Part shown: positions 24,901-36,781 of the stretch, piece after piece
How positions within the stretch are numbered: position 1 is the stretch's first letter
How the letters are laid out: the number at the start of each line of letters is the position of its first letter
Source of the DNA: Octopus bimaculoides
Taxonomy: Eukaryota
DNA: 64,000 nucleotides
Assembly: GCF_001194135.2 (NCBI RefSeq)
Contig: NC_069000.1
Location: forward strand, 21,672,674 to 21,736,673
Direction: 5' to 3'
The notes under the pieces: model-generated
What the model saw: the letters and a program-made list of their open reading frames with translations, nothing else
Told to the model about the DNA's origin: nothing
The model's database searches: none
Position numbers and translations under genes: made by a program

Positions 24901-25809
24901 TTATTTATTGTATTGATTCCTTGTGAGAACAAAAAGCAAAATCAACCCTGATAGGATTTGAAATCAAATCATAAAAAGATATAACTTAATACGGCAAAAT
25001 ATTTTATACATATGATTAAGAATAAAATACTTGTTTCTCTGCCAGAGAAATTCCTACCCTGCTTACCTGCGAATCAAAATTACATATAAAATCTGATGGT
25101 ATTGTATAAAATTTATTTGTTACCAAAGAAATGGAGGAGGAGTAAGCTTATGAAACTGTTAGGAAAATTTACTATTTTGTCTTCCCCCCACCCCATTGTT
25201 GATCTCAATTTTCTGCATTTTTTGACTACTACTACTACTACTACTACTCACTTAAAAAAAAATTGTAATTTTAGTATCTGACTTCGTGGTTTATTCTATT
25301 CTATTTTATTTATTTTCTTTAAAAGAAACGGATTTGAAGAAAGAATATTTAATTTTTTTTTTGTTTGAAATGGGTGGGAGAATGAGAGAATGCTATGTTT
25401 TTAAAAATAATTGCAATGTGGAAGAGAAATAACAAAAATATTTATAATAATGGTAATAATTAGTTAGTGAAGTGTTGAATAATAATCACAGTGATTTTTA
25501 AAGCTACTGCTGAGATAATTTCAATAAATTTACGTCGCTATTCAAACTGCTGGCTTGAGATAGAGGTGATGCTGGTGCAGACAAGAGAGAAGTGAATCTT
25601 GTATTTCAGGGTATTTTATTTGAGAGCTTGTATTATTTCGCAAGTTCAAATTCTGCGTAGGTTGACTAAATTTTAAAAAAATTTTATTGATATAGGATTA
25701 ATTATAAAGATAACTATTACTTTCGAATGATTGAATTAAATGACTATGATTTTTCTAAGGTAGAAACAATATTATTATTATTATTATTATTATTGTTGTT
25801 GTTGTTGTT

Positions 25810-26240
25810 GAACAAAATGCTTAGTAACATTTCTCCCTGCTCTTTATATTCTGAGTTCAAATTCCACTGAGGTTGCCTAGCTTTTCATTTCATAGTTGAT
25901 AGTATACGTACAAGTTGAGCAATGGGATTGATATAATCGACTAATCCCCTTCCCTCAAAATCTGAGGCTTTGAGCCTATAATAAAAAGTATTATTATTAT
26001 TATTATTATTATTAAGGTGATAAGCGGGTAGAAACATTAATATTCTGAACAGAATGCTTTGTGGTATTTTTTCTGGCTTAATGTTCTGTATTCAAATGGT
26101 ACCAAGGTTGATTTTGTCTTTCATCCTTTTGGAGTTGATAGAATAAATACCAGTTGAACACCAGGCTTGATGTTAACAACTAACCTCCCCTCCCACACCA
26201 CCACCACCAAAAAAAAAAAAAATTGTTAGCCTTGTGTCAA
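25810..26240 (+). mobile_element. Two tandem family B SINE copies
   Basis: ttctgagttcaaattccactgagg... and ttctgtattcaaatggtaccaaggttgattttgtctttcatcctttt. Confidence 0.65.
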
Positions 26241-26959
26241 AATTGGAAACCATTGTTATTATAATTATCTTTATTATTTGTCCTTTCATACTTACATGGT
26301 CAGTAAAATAAGTATTGGGAAGGCAGGGAGCATCAAGTTTGACTTTACTCTTTCCCACTAAAATTTGTCATTACTATATACCCCCAGGTCAGCACTGACA
26401 GAGCAGAGCAATGATCAGACATCCCTACCATGACCTTTACAGTTTCGTTTCAAATATTGTATCCTTTCCCTTTATTCTTGTTAAGAAATATGATAGTTTT
26501 TTTTTGTGTGCATCTTTTTTTTTTTTATAGAAAGATTTGACTGCTATTTCTAGTACTTTATCTGACCACATAGAAGCCATTTACTAGCTAAAAGCAAGAT
26601 TCTCGTTTTTGGTATCAGTTGGATGGATCTGCAATATAACAACTTCCAATGCATTGAAATCCTGCGTCATCACTCTGGCATGGCCTACCTCTTTACAAAA
26701 GCTGGTGTTGTGCTGAGTTGAAGCAAAATCATTATTCAAGATGGTTGCCTACTAGACCTGATGTCATGATTATTAGCTCCCGCACTTCCTAGTATATATA
26801 AAGCCAAGTTTCAACTGGCTAGCTAGGTAGCTAGCTAAAACTGACTAACCGATCAAAATTCCTCTGCTAATATTGCCATAAGCTATGTTTTATATAGATT
26901 AATTTTAGTTCTATTGATTTTCATTTTTTTCCTTATTTTGTTCATAAAAACCTCAACTT

Positions 26960-27520
26960 ATGTATTAGATCTCATTTGACTAACAAGTCTGGCTTTGGAC
27001 AAACAAATCCCTACTGCAGATTTTACAAGTATTTTCAGACAGAAAAGTATCTGAGATTGAAATTAAGGCCTATTTATGAAGTGCTTATTTCAAGCGGGAT
27101 TGTAGAACACTTCTTTCCAAATCAATTGATCTTCCATCAACTTCTCTGTCTTCAACATTTACATTAAGAACCTTAAAGTTGCTTTTGATGGCAGCCCTAA
27201 CACGTTTCTTTGGTTTATGATTTGGACGTTTACCATGTTGCGACTCACTGTAAAACAACTGCTTAGATAACCTGTCATCCTGCATCCTAGTCATCCTGCA
27301 TTCTAGTCATCCTGCATCCTAGTCATCCTGCATTCTAGTCATCCTGCATCCTAGTCATCCTGCATTCTAGTCATCCTGCATCCTAGTCATCCTGCATCCT
27401 AGTCATCCTGCATCCTAGTCATCCTGCATCCTAGTCATCCTGCATCCTAGTCATCCTGCATCTTAGTCATCCCAGTTCAACACATATGATTGTGTATGAG
27501 GAACATTTCAATACTGGATG
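26960..27520 (-). mobile_element. RTE family 2 3' fragment containing a 16-bp minisatellite
   Basis: TRMQDDRLSKQLFYSESQHGKRPNHKPKKR... followed by a decayed single finger CKICSR... Confidence 0.85.
27275..27466. repeat. Minisatellite, 12 x 16 bp (TCATCCTGCAT(C/T)CTAG)
   Basis: Units counted directly. Confidence 0.95.
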
Positions 27521-27537
27521 TGTGTGTGTGTGTACAG

Positions 27538-27930
27538 ATGCAGACGTGGTTGTGTGATAAGAAGTTAGCTTTCCAAATTCATGGTTCTGGGTTTAGTCCT
27601 ATAGTATGGCACCTTGGACAAGTGTCTTTTATAGCCCCAAGCTGACCAAAACCGTGACATGATTTGTTAGATGCAAACTGAAAGAAACTCATTATGCCTA
27701 TGTGTGTGCATATTTGTGTGTTTGTGTTTGTCCCTCCACCAACAGTTGACTACTGATATTGGTTTGTTTACATCCCCATAGGTTAACGGTTTGGCGTACG
27801 AGACTGATAGAGTAAGTACTAGGCTTAAAAAAAAAAAAAGATAAGTACTGGAATTCCTCTATTCACCTAATCCCTGACAAGACATTGCCTGAGCCTGAAT
27901 GCAATCACTGAAATAAATAAAAGATAAAAG
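27538..27930 (+). mobile_element. CORE-type SINE family A
   Basis: Full head, CORE block and tail. Confidence 0.8.
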
Positions 27931-27984
27931 ATATTCATTAAAGCGACTATACCAGTGCAGTACATTGAATCTATGAAGTCAATA

Positions 27985-28193
27985 CAGTAATCCCTCGACT
28001 ATTGCAGGTGTTACATTCCAAACCCCCCCGCAATAGGTGAAAATCTGCAAAGTAGAAACAGTCCTGTACTGCGTATTTTTTAAAATTATTTTTATAATTT
28101 GTATATATTTATTTTATTATAAATGCAAAACACCACCACATAGGATTCGACATAAGCTTAAATAGTAAACTGCAATATAGCGAAGGATTACTG
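27985..28193. mobile_element. Tigger/pogo-like MITE
   Basis: TA TSDs. TIR is CAGTAATCCCTCGACTATTGCAG versus CAGTAATCCTTCGCTATATTGCAG. Confidence 0.85.
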
Positions 28194-28603
28194 TATATTG
28201 TTAATCTATTCATTTGAAATATATAAGTATATTTATAGTGGTAGTATTCTTTTACAAGTTGCAAGTCAGTGATCTCTGTGATTATTCAAAGAGAGAGATG
28301 AGGGCTCGAACACAAGTGTATCTTTGTTTCATTTGAGAATGTAAATTGGTGCCTTAAGCCCTTTTTAGGAATAACTTATTTATAGGGATAACATAATGTT
28401 AAGGTAGCCATTCTTGAAGTTCATGAATTTGAACAAATTTGTGTACTATATGGAGGAGATGATATTGGTGTTTCATGTCGGATCCTTTAAGAAAAAATCT
28501 TACTTCTTTACAAGCAGTAGGTTTGTCTTGAAACATAAAAATTATATCCTTCCCATAGCACACAAATGTCATTAAACAATAATGTAAGTAACTATTAGTT
28601 TCT

Positions 28604-28830
28604 TTAGCTCTTTAGCATTCAGAATATTCTGTCAAATATATTGCTTATATAAACAAATTGTTCTAAATTAATCATCTATTACATTGTAGCATTGCAATTT
28701 CAATGATGTCATTGTTTATTCTTAGAATGTCATTGTATGGTAGGTTTGTGAAGCCAGATCTGGCAAGTTTGAATATAAAGCAGTAGAATATTTGGGCTGG
28801 ATATGGCTGGTTTAAATGCTAAAGGGTTAA
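28604..28830. mobile_element. TTAA/CCC..GGG (piggyBac-like) MITE family
   Basis: tta(g)c(t)ctttagcatt...aatgctaaagggttaa. Related copies lie at 31975-32100 (truncated) and 36554-36781. Confidence 0.7.
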
Positions 28831-29689
28831 TATTTTTATTTATAGTTTGCGATTAGATTTGAGATTATATCAATAGTAGTCGAAGTTTGAATGAGAAAGA
28901 GGATGAGGTTCAAATCTTTGCATTTTGGTGGGCAAGGAAGCATTGGTGGTCTCAGCTGTAGGAAGGATTGGTAGTGGTAGAAGTGATAGGGGGAAATTTT
29001 CGCATTTTGGTCAGTGTCACTAATTTTTTTCTTCAGATTAAACATACTATCTGATATGTTTTATTTTTAATTCTTGTCCCTCAATTCAGTCTCTTCTCCC
29101 ACTTATATTATGACCTTCAAACCTCAAGGATATGCCTTGGCACTTGCCACCAGCTATATTTCTCTCTTCCTTTACTCAACCATCTCATTGATATTCTGAT
29201 GCCTGGCACTTTGCCACCATCTCTATCCTGCTCTCCCCCCCTCTCTCTCTCTCCCCTCTCTCCCTCTCTCTCTCCCTCTCTCTCTCCCTTTCTCTCTCCC
29301 TCTCTCTCTCTCNNNNNNNNNNTTACTCAACCATCTCATTGATATTCTGATGCCTGGCACTTTGCCACCATCTCTATCCTGCTCTCCCCCCCTCTCTCTC
29401 TCTCCCCTCTCTCCCTCTCTCTCTCCCTTTCTCTCTCCCTCTCTCTCTCTCCCCCTCTCGCCCCCCCCTTCTGCACTTTCCTCAGGTTGGGTAACCATGT
29501 ATCTCCTTTGCGGCAGCATACCTCTGTCTGTCTTCATTCCTGGTCTCTCTCTCCAGCCAGGTAACCTTGTACCTCCTCTACAGCAAGAGCCCTGTTTCTG
29601 TCTCTCTGTCTCACTATAACCTTTCAGTATCTGACATAAGATCACCTCCTCCAATGCCCCCTCCCCTCTCAAAAGACTTTTGTCTTGCA

Positions 29690-29995
29690 AGTTACTTGAT
29701 GACTCTGTCAGTGCAGGTGCCACTTAAAAAGCATCCAGTCCACACTGTAATTGGTTGGCATTTGGAAAGGCATCCAACTGTAAAAACCTTGCCAAAACTG
29801 ACCTTGCTTCTGCTTGTGCCACGTAAAAAGCACTAAGTTCACTTTGCTGAGTGGTAGGTGTTATGAAGGGCATCCAGCTGTAAAAATCCTGCCAAAACAG
29901 TCACAGAAGCTTGGTGCAGGCTTCTGCCCAGCTGGTTCCTGTCAAACTGTCCCATCCATGCCAGCATGGAAGGCAGACATTAAATGATGATGATT
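29690..29995 (+). mobile_element. RTE 3' UTR-derived repeat
   Basis: gaagggcatccagctgtaaaa...catgccagcatggaaggcagacattaaatgatgatgat. Confidence 0.8.
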
Positions 29996-30273
29996 ATATA
30001 TATAATATATTTATATATATATAAAGTGGATATTTATTTTGTTGAGTCCCAATAAGAATAAAATGCATAGCCAACCTTGGCAGGTTTTGAGACCAGAGAT
30101 ATAATTCAGTAATGCAAAAACATCTTCCTAACACTCATCCCTCCATCACTCTTCTCACTATGGTACTACTTACTCAAGTACTGTATTTATATGCTCCATT
30201 TCTGTGCTGTCAGAGTGGAAACAAGTGACACTGCTTGCATGACAGTAATACTCGTTTACAACAATCATGCAAT

Positions 30274-30324
<51 letters not shown>

Positions 30325-30329
30325 CACAT

Positions 30330-30545
30330 ACACACAAAAGCTGGTTTCAGTTTCCATCTACCAAATCCATTTGTAGGACTTTGGTCAACCCACGGATATA
30401 GTAGAAGACACATGCTCAAGGTGCCACACAGTGGGACTGAATCTAAAAGCATATGGTTTACTCTTTTACTTGTTTCAGTCATTTGACTGCGGCCATGCTG
30501 GAGCACCGCCTTTAGTAAACTTCTTACTACACAGCCATGCCTCTG
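30330..30545 (-). mobile_element. CORE-type SINE family A (rearranged)
   Basis: CORE block joined to a tail fragment. Confidence 0.65.
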
Positions 30546-32131
30546 CCTGTATTCTTATAAATAGTTTTGTTGCATGAAACCATTCTTTGCCAATGCATAC
30601 ACTCACATGGAAAACAAGAGGATTTTTTCCCACAATTCAAACAACAACACTACGCCTATCTCTTTTCCTCATAATGAGTCAAAAAGTAAAAGTCCTGCAA
30701 AAATTCTTAACTCCTCACCACAATTGAACTTATCAAACTCTATGAACATTTTTCTATGGTTAGTACTAGAAAGAGGATTTTATTGTTTGACGAACAAAAA
30801 AATCACACACAAAGTAAATAAATATACAAATGAAAGTAATGTTGAATTATCCATTGCTGTTGTTGTTGTTGTTGTTGGTAGTGATGATGATGATGATGGT
30901 GATTGAAATGGCAACATTGAAGGTTGTTGGTGAGAGCATATAACAACAATGATGACATGTGAGAAATAATGTTGCTCTCCTTCTTCTGTTCTTTGATTTG
31001 TTTTTATAAAAGCTTTATTGGCTGTTTTTCAATTGATTGATGCTATAGTTATGTTTGTCTTTTTGTCTACCAACACATGATTCTGAGTCTGTTACATTAT
31101 ACACAAGTAGTTTAAAGTTGTTTGTACATTTGTCTATCTCGTAATTTGAAACACTGCTGATCAAGTATACCCATGGACATGCTATATATTGTCTTTTTCA
31201 ATAGTGAAGTTGCTCTTTTTTTTTTCTTAAAGAGCCACAAATTTATCATGAATTTTAGAGGATGATGGTTACAGTTTTCGTCAGCCAGTTTTAACTCCAG
31301 AGCAATATTTAACTTAACTATATCTCCATACTGCAAAAGTTGATAAAAAAAAAAAAAAAATTGCAGGCTATAAGTGATCAATAAGATCAATATTTTCCTA
31401 AGGCACTAACAAAACATCTTAGTAAACTATGCGAAGGTGCTGAGACGTACTTTTTGTACTTATCTTTTCAAAATATTTTGAGTTGAAATTGCACTTTTAG
31501 TGTTGAAGAATCTTTGACAATGGGATATGCAGTAGTTGGCCAAATAAAATAACTATGATCCACAGATCCAAGGCACTGATTATCCTATATGAGAAAATTT
31601 CTAGCTTGATCTAGCAAGTGCAGCCAAATCTTCCTCAGATATCACTCTACCATCTGAACAGAATATGACAGAATAGCTAATTCCTAGATTTAATAAATTA
31701 GCAAAGATGTGATAGGTATGAGGTATGACTAGAATGTTGATGAGGTGATAATGTTAGTCATAGAAAACAATAATTGTATATAGAACAAAAGTGGCTATGA
31801 GGTTAAGAAGTTTGCTTTGGAACCATGTGCTTCTCAGTTGAATCCAACTATGTTGCAACTTGGCCAAGTATTTTCTCCATCCATCCATCCATCCATCCAT
31901 CTACACAACGGGACTGAACCTCTAAACATGAGAATGGGAAGCTAACTTCTTAACCGCATAGCCACACGTGTGCTTTAATCTTTCAGCATTCAGATTTCTC
32001 TGTCAGATGTATTGCTTGTTTATTTACTTTGTTTTGAATTAATCATGTATTATCTCATAGCTTAGAGATTTCAATGATATGATTGTATATTGTAACATAG
32101 CAGTTTGGCAAAAGAGATTGATAGGATGAGT

Positions 32132-32462
32132 TGTTGGCACTCCGTCGCTTACGACGTCGAGGGTTCCAGATGATCCGATCAACGGAACAGCCTGCTCGTG
32201 AAATTAACGTGCAAATAGCTGAGCACTCCACAGACACGTGTACCCTTAACGTAGTTCTCGGGGATATTCAGCGTGACACAGTGTGACAAGGCTGACACTT
32301 TGAATTACAGGCACAACAGAAACAGGAAGTAAGAGTGAGAGAAAGTTGTGGTGAAAGAGTACAGCAGGGTTCGCCACCATCCCCTGCTGGAGCCTTGTGG
32401 AGCTTTAGGTGTTTTCGCTCAATAAACACTCACAACGCCCACTGGGCCATTGCACCTCCACA
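32132..32462 (-). mobile_element. Young tRNA-derived SINE (family C) with an 11-bp target-site duplication
   Basis: ATAGGATGAGT at 32121-32131 and 32463-32473. The minus strand starts tgtggaggtgcaatggcccagtgg (A-box-like) and ends ...gagtgccaaca. CpGs are retained. Confidence 0.8.
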
Positions 32463-35400
32463 ATAGGATGAGTACCAGGCTTAAAAAAAAAAAAAACAAG
32501 TACTGGTGTTGATTCATTTCACTAAAAAATTCTCTGAGGCGGTACCCTAGCATTGCTGCAGTCTAATGACTGAAACAAGTAAAAGGATAAGAAGAAAAAA
32601 AAAAAGGATATGGTTGACTCAGGAATAGATCAGAAGATACTATGGCATTGCCAATGAGTGGGTTGCGAGCAAAAAAAACCCACTTAAAAGAAAACTTGAG
32701 ATGCTAGGCTATTTACTTTAGAATAGCTATTGTGTTGTACAGTATCTGGTTATGGTTTGCAAATAATAAATAGTAAATAAAATGGAATAACGACCACTCC
32801 CATCTTATGGTTGGATGGCTAACTGTGAAAGAAACTGAAAAGTTGTCAAAGACCATTCTAACTGTTGTGGTTTGTATAAGTGACTGTAAACTACTAAACC
32901 TGTTAAGTAGAGAAGACTACCAATAAAATATTAAATAAAAAAAAAAAATCAAACTGATTTTAATTAATAAAACTATCCAAGCAGTTAAAATACCAACACA
33001 GTCTAGGTAGAATCCACTATGAAATATTTTGGTTTTATTTACTTCATATCACATTATGTAAACAATCGGATCGTTAATTGCAGATTTTCAGTGGACTAAT
33101 CACTGGTTCACTGCATTTAAGATGGCTAAAGTGACAAGGGAGTGACTTTGCAACTCAGTGCTGAACAAATACTGCAAGGTATTTTTGTTTGAAAGCCTTT
33201 GCTTTCTTGCCAATAAATATTAACGAGAGAGAGAGAGATGCACACACACAGCGGTCTTTCACACATTTTCTATCTACCAAATATCATGGTAAAAGAAAAC
33301 TGCTTAAGGTGCAGCTGAGTGAGATTGAACCTCTGTTCAGAGGGATTCTTGCTATAGTATTCTTGCTACAATATTTTTGCTACAGTATTCTTGTCTTTTT
33401 TTTTTTTGTATATCAGTGACTAACTATATTATTCAATTTCTGTATTTATAAGTCAGTTAAGATGTAATTTGTGAGAGATTTCACTTCTATTTCTAGCCGG
33501 TCAAGTAGCTGTGTAGTGGTCAGTCTCATTGGTTCATGATGACAGTGATGGTAGTGATGATAATAATCATGATGATATGGAAGAATATAAAATGTTTCTG
33601 TATGAATGAAACTTACTGGCAAGAAAAATAATTTTCACTGAAAGATAGATGGATATACAGACAGAATATAACAGTGTCAATTGAATAGTTGGAAAGATAT
33701 CTTTTAAATATGTTCTGTGACATTGTGGAAAGTGAATTGGTCATTATCTCATGGGGGAAATAATTTCTATAAAAGCAAATTTATATGTTAAAATTGAACT
33801 AAGTTGTTCAGCCGTGTTCTTCTGTAATTGAATATTTGAAGGTTTTAAAACCCATTATGTATATTTTAAAAAATGGTTTGTAGGAATCAAAACTGTGTTA
33901 ATATTACTTCTCAAAGAATTCTATATCCAATTGCTTTGAATTTTCCTTTCTTTCTGAAGTGCTGGGATTCCAGTGCTTCTCCCTCCTGACTTTGGTAAGC
34001 TAAATGATAGTAGCTGGTGGTTGGGGACTATTATGTTGTGCCTTCTTGGGTGGTATTTGAATAGGAGTGTGTAGGGGGCGAAAACAATATTCTCTAGAGA
34101 GAAAATTTAATTGAATAAGAACAAAAAAAAAAAAAAAAAAAAAAAAAGAAATCAAATCTGACAAATTTTGATGTTATTCCTTATTTGCTCAGTAATTGAG
34201 GCAGGTCAATGGAGTTCAGGTGGCATTAACCAAATGAAATATTAATTGCTTCCTGTACAATTCCATTTCGTGCCTACCAGCCTCCACTTTTTCTCCTTTC
34301 TTTCAAAGTTGTCTACACTTGTTAAATATTTGCTTATGAGCAGAAAAGATGTAATAGCTAATAATCTTTTCATTCACTTCAAATCCCACAATTTATTTGT
34401 AACTTATATATAAAATGTTAATATAAACACCCATCATTGCCTAGCAGAAAATAGTTAAGATAAATATAGTTTTGTGAATGTTTGGCATAAGCTTTTTTTT
34501 TTCTGTTTAAGAAAAAAAATTTTTTTGTCTGTTATAACTTTATCAGAGAAGGGATGGACTGTGCTCCTCATGACTTTCAGACCGGTGCCAATAGCCAACC
34601 TGAATAACTGCAGGTCAGTATCTGCAGGAAGGAAATACATATACTTAAGGAAAGTGGTGGATTGTTGCTAGTATTCTGATCTGTTTGTTTCCAATAAACT
34701 TCTGTTAAAATCTTTCAATCCCAGTTGGTGATGTTAAACTTGAGAGAATTTTAGGTTTTCTGACCTCCCTCATCTCTGCACAAAAAAAAAAAAAAGGGCT
34801 ATGGTATGTCAGTATAGAAGGGATGTTCAGCAAGAAATGAATGGTAATTTGAAGTAGGATTCAAATATTTACACTGATGATTAATTTAGGTTCTTGATAT
34901 ACTGCATTATGGTGCACAAACTCTGAAACTTTCCTCTTGAAAGGTTCAGATGACATCCTATTTACTTTGTCGAGACTCCTGGTAAGTTTGAGAACTTAGT
35001 TTATTAAATTCTGAGACAAAAAGAAAAAAATTGAAAAATACCTTCTCTAATTCCAACTGTGATGTTTTAATAGATAAGGCTTGAATTGTTTATAAACAAT
35101 GTTAGAAATATGACGGCATTCAGACAATCTTTGTAAGCTTAGAGCAGTCAGATCATTACTATAAGTGGAGTAAATTGAGATAATTCCTATGGGCTAAGAG
35201 TAACCTGATAATCCTTGTAAGTTGAGCACAAGTAGTTGATTAGTTGATATTTATTTGGTAGCATCTAAGTAATTCTGGTGAGATGAGAGAACAACTGCTT
35301 ACTGCTAACATAGTCTTTGGGTGCCTTTAGTGTCCCCACCCTCCTGTATTACAAACATTTAGGCCCCATCTCCAGTTTAAAGTCATGGCTACTGATCTTC

Positions 35401-35744
35401 TTCCTTTGACCAAATCAAAAAAAAAAAAAAAAAAAAAAAAAAGAGACCCCTTAGAACACCAAGCATAGCTGTGTGATTAAGAAGTTCACTACGTGATTTT
35501 GGATTCAATTCAACTATGTTGTTAGTTAAAGTGTTTTCAATCACACCCTCATATTAACCAAAACTTGTGTGGAAGTGAGCTGGGGACCATTCCTGTTCTT
35601 GTCTGGTTTATCATCATTGTCTGGCACTTGGGTGCTTTTAGCAGAGTCTACTCTGTTACATTTATGTCAAATGTTTGCTTTGAGAATAACTTCTTTCCCT
35701 TTCTTCTTTGACCAAGTCCTGTAAAATAAAAATTTATATATACT

Positions 35745-36067
35745 CTTTACTCTTTTACCCTTTTACTTGTTTCAGTCATTTGACTGCGGCCATGCTGGAG
35801 CACCGCCTTTAGTCGAGCAAATCGACCCCAGGACTTATTCTTTGGAAGCCTAGTACTTATTCTATCGGTCTCTTTTGCAAAACCGCTAAGTTACGGGGAC
35901 GTAAACACACCAGCATCGGTTGTCAAGCGATATTGTGGGGACAAACACAGACACACAAACACACACACACATATATATACATATATACGACGGGCTTCTT
36001 TCAGTTTCCGTCTACCAAATCCACTCACAAGGCTTTGGTTGGCCCGAGGCTATAGTAGAAGACACTT
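35745..36067 (-). mobile_element. CORE-type SINE family A, young, truncated by a gap
   Basis: Near-consensus tail and CORE block. Confidence 0.88.
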
Positions 36068-36302
36068 NNNNNNNNNNNNNNNNNNNNNNNNNNNNNNNNN
36101 NNNNNNNNNNNNNNNNNNNNNNNNNNNNNNNNNNNNNNNNNNNNNNNNNNNNNNNNNNNNNNNNNNNNNNNNNNNNNNNNNNNNNNNNNNNNNNNNNNNN
36201 NNNNNNNNNNNNNNNNNNNNNNNNNNNNNNNNNNNNNNNNNNNNNNNNNNNNNNNNNNNNNNNNNNNNNNNNNNNNNNNNNNNNNNNNNNNNNNNNNNNN
36301 NN

Positions 36303-36500
36303 ATATATATGGGAGAATATACAAATAATAACAACAGACGAGGACAGGTGGTGTAAATAACAAAAGGATATATTAGTATGACGCTCGGGAATACGGAAAG
36401 TCTTTGACGTTTCGAGCTACGCTCTTCAACAGAAAGAATACGGAGACAAGGAGAAAAACACGGAGAAAAAAAATTGAATAGTGTTCAGTCAACGGTCATG
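36303..36500 (-). mobile_element. Penelope-like terminal-repeat remnant
   Basis: Contains the hammerhead-like motif at 36401-36437 and is homologous to 8895-9090. Confidence 0.55.
36401..36437 (-). ncRNA. Minimal type-I hammerhead ribozyme-like motif (one core substitution)
   Basis: UCUUU CUGUUGA A GAGC-GUA-GCUC GAAA C GUC AAAGA gives stem I UCUUU/AAAGA, stem II GAGC/GCUC, a palindromic ACGU stem III and a GUC cleavage triplet. Confidence 0.6.
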
Positions 36501-36553
36501 CAAAATGAGCAGCGCTCTGAAATGTTTGTTATTACTAAGTTGCTATCAGTTAT

Positions 36554-36781
36554 TCAACCCTTTAGTGTTCAGAATCCCTGTCAAATGCAATTCTTATTTA
36601 TTCAAATGATTTTGAATTAATCATGCGCAACCTTGTAGCTTCAAGATTTTGATGAAGTAATTGCTTACTTTTATAATGACAATGTAGGGGAGATGTAAAA
36701 GGCTAGATTTGGTTTAGTTTGAACATAAAACAGGTGGAATATTTGGGTTGGACATGGCTAGTTTAAATACTGAAGAGTTAA
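36554..36781. mobile_element. piggyBac-like MITE (same family as 28604-28830)
   Basis: tcaaccctttag...tactgaagagttaa with a shared interior. Confidence 0.65.

Noticed and set aside
25055-25080. Minus-strand gattcgcAG|GTAAGC junction
   Set aside because: Antisense to the only confirmed exon. Kept as a reminder that such motifs arise by chance.
27275-27466. CRISPR-like regular repeat
   Set aside because: Head-to-tail units with no spacers, in a eukaryotic context. The same applies to 53004-53107.
29174-29460. Duplicated block with (CT)-rich tails and ERERG-type ORFs
   Set aside because: Same 10-N gap overlap artefact, and the ORFs are microsatellite translations.
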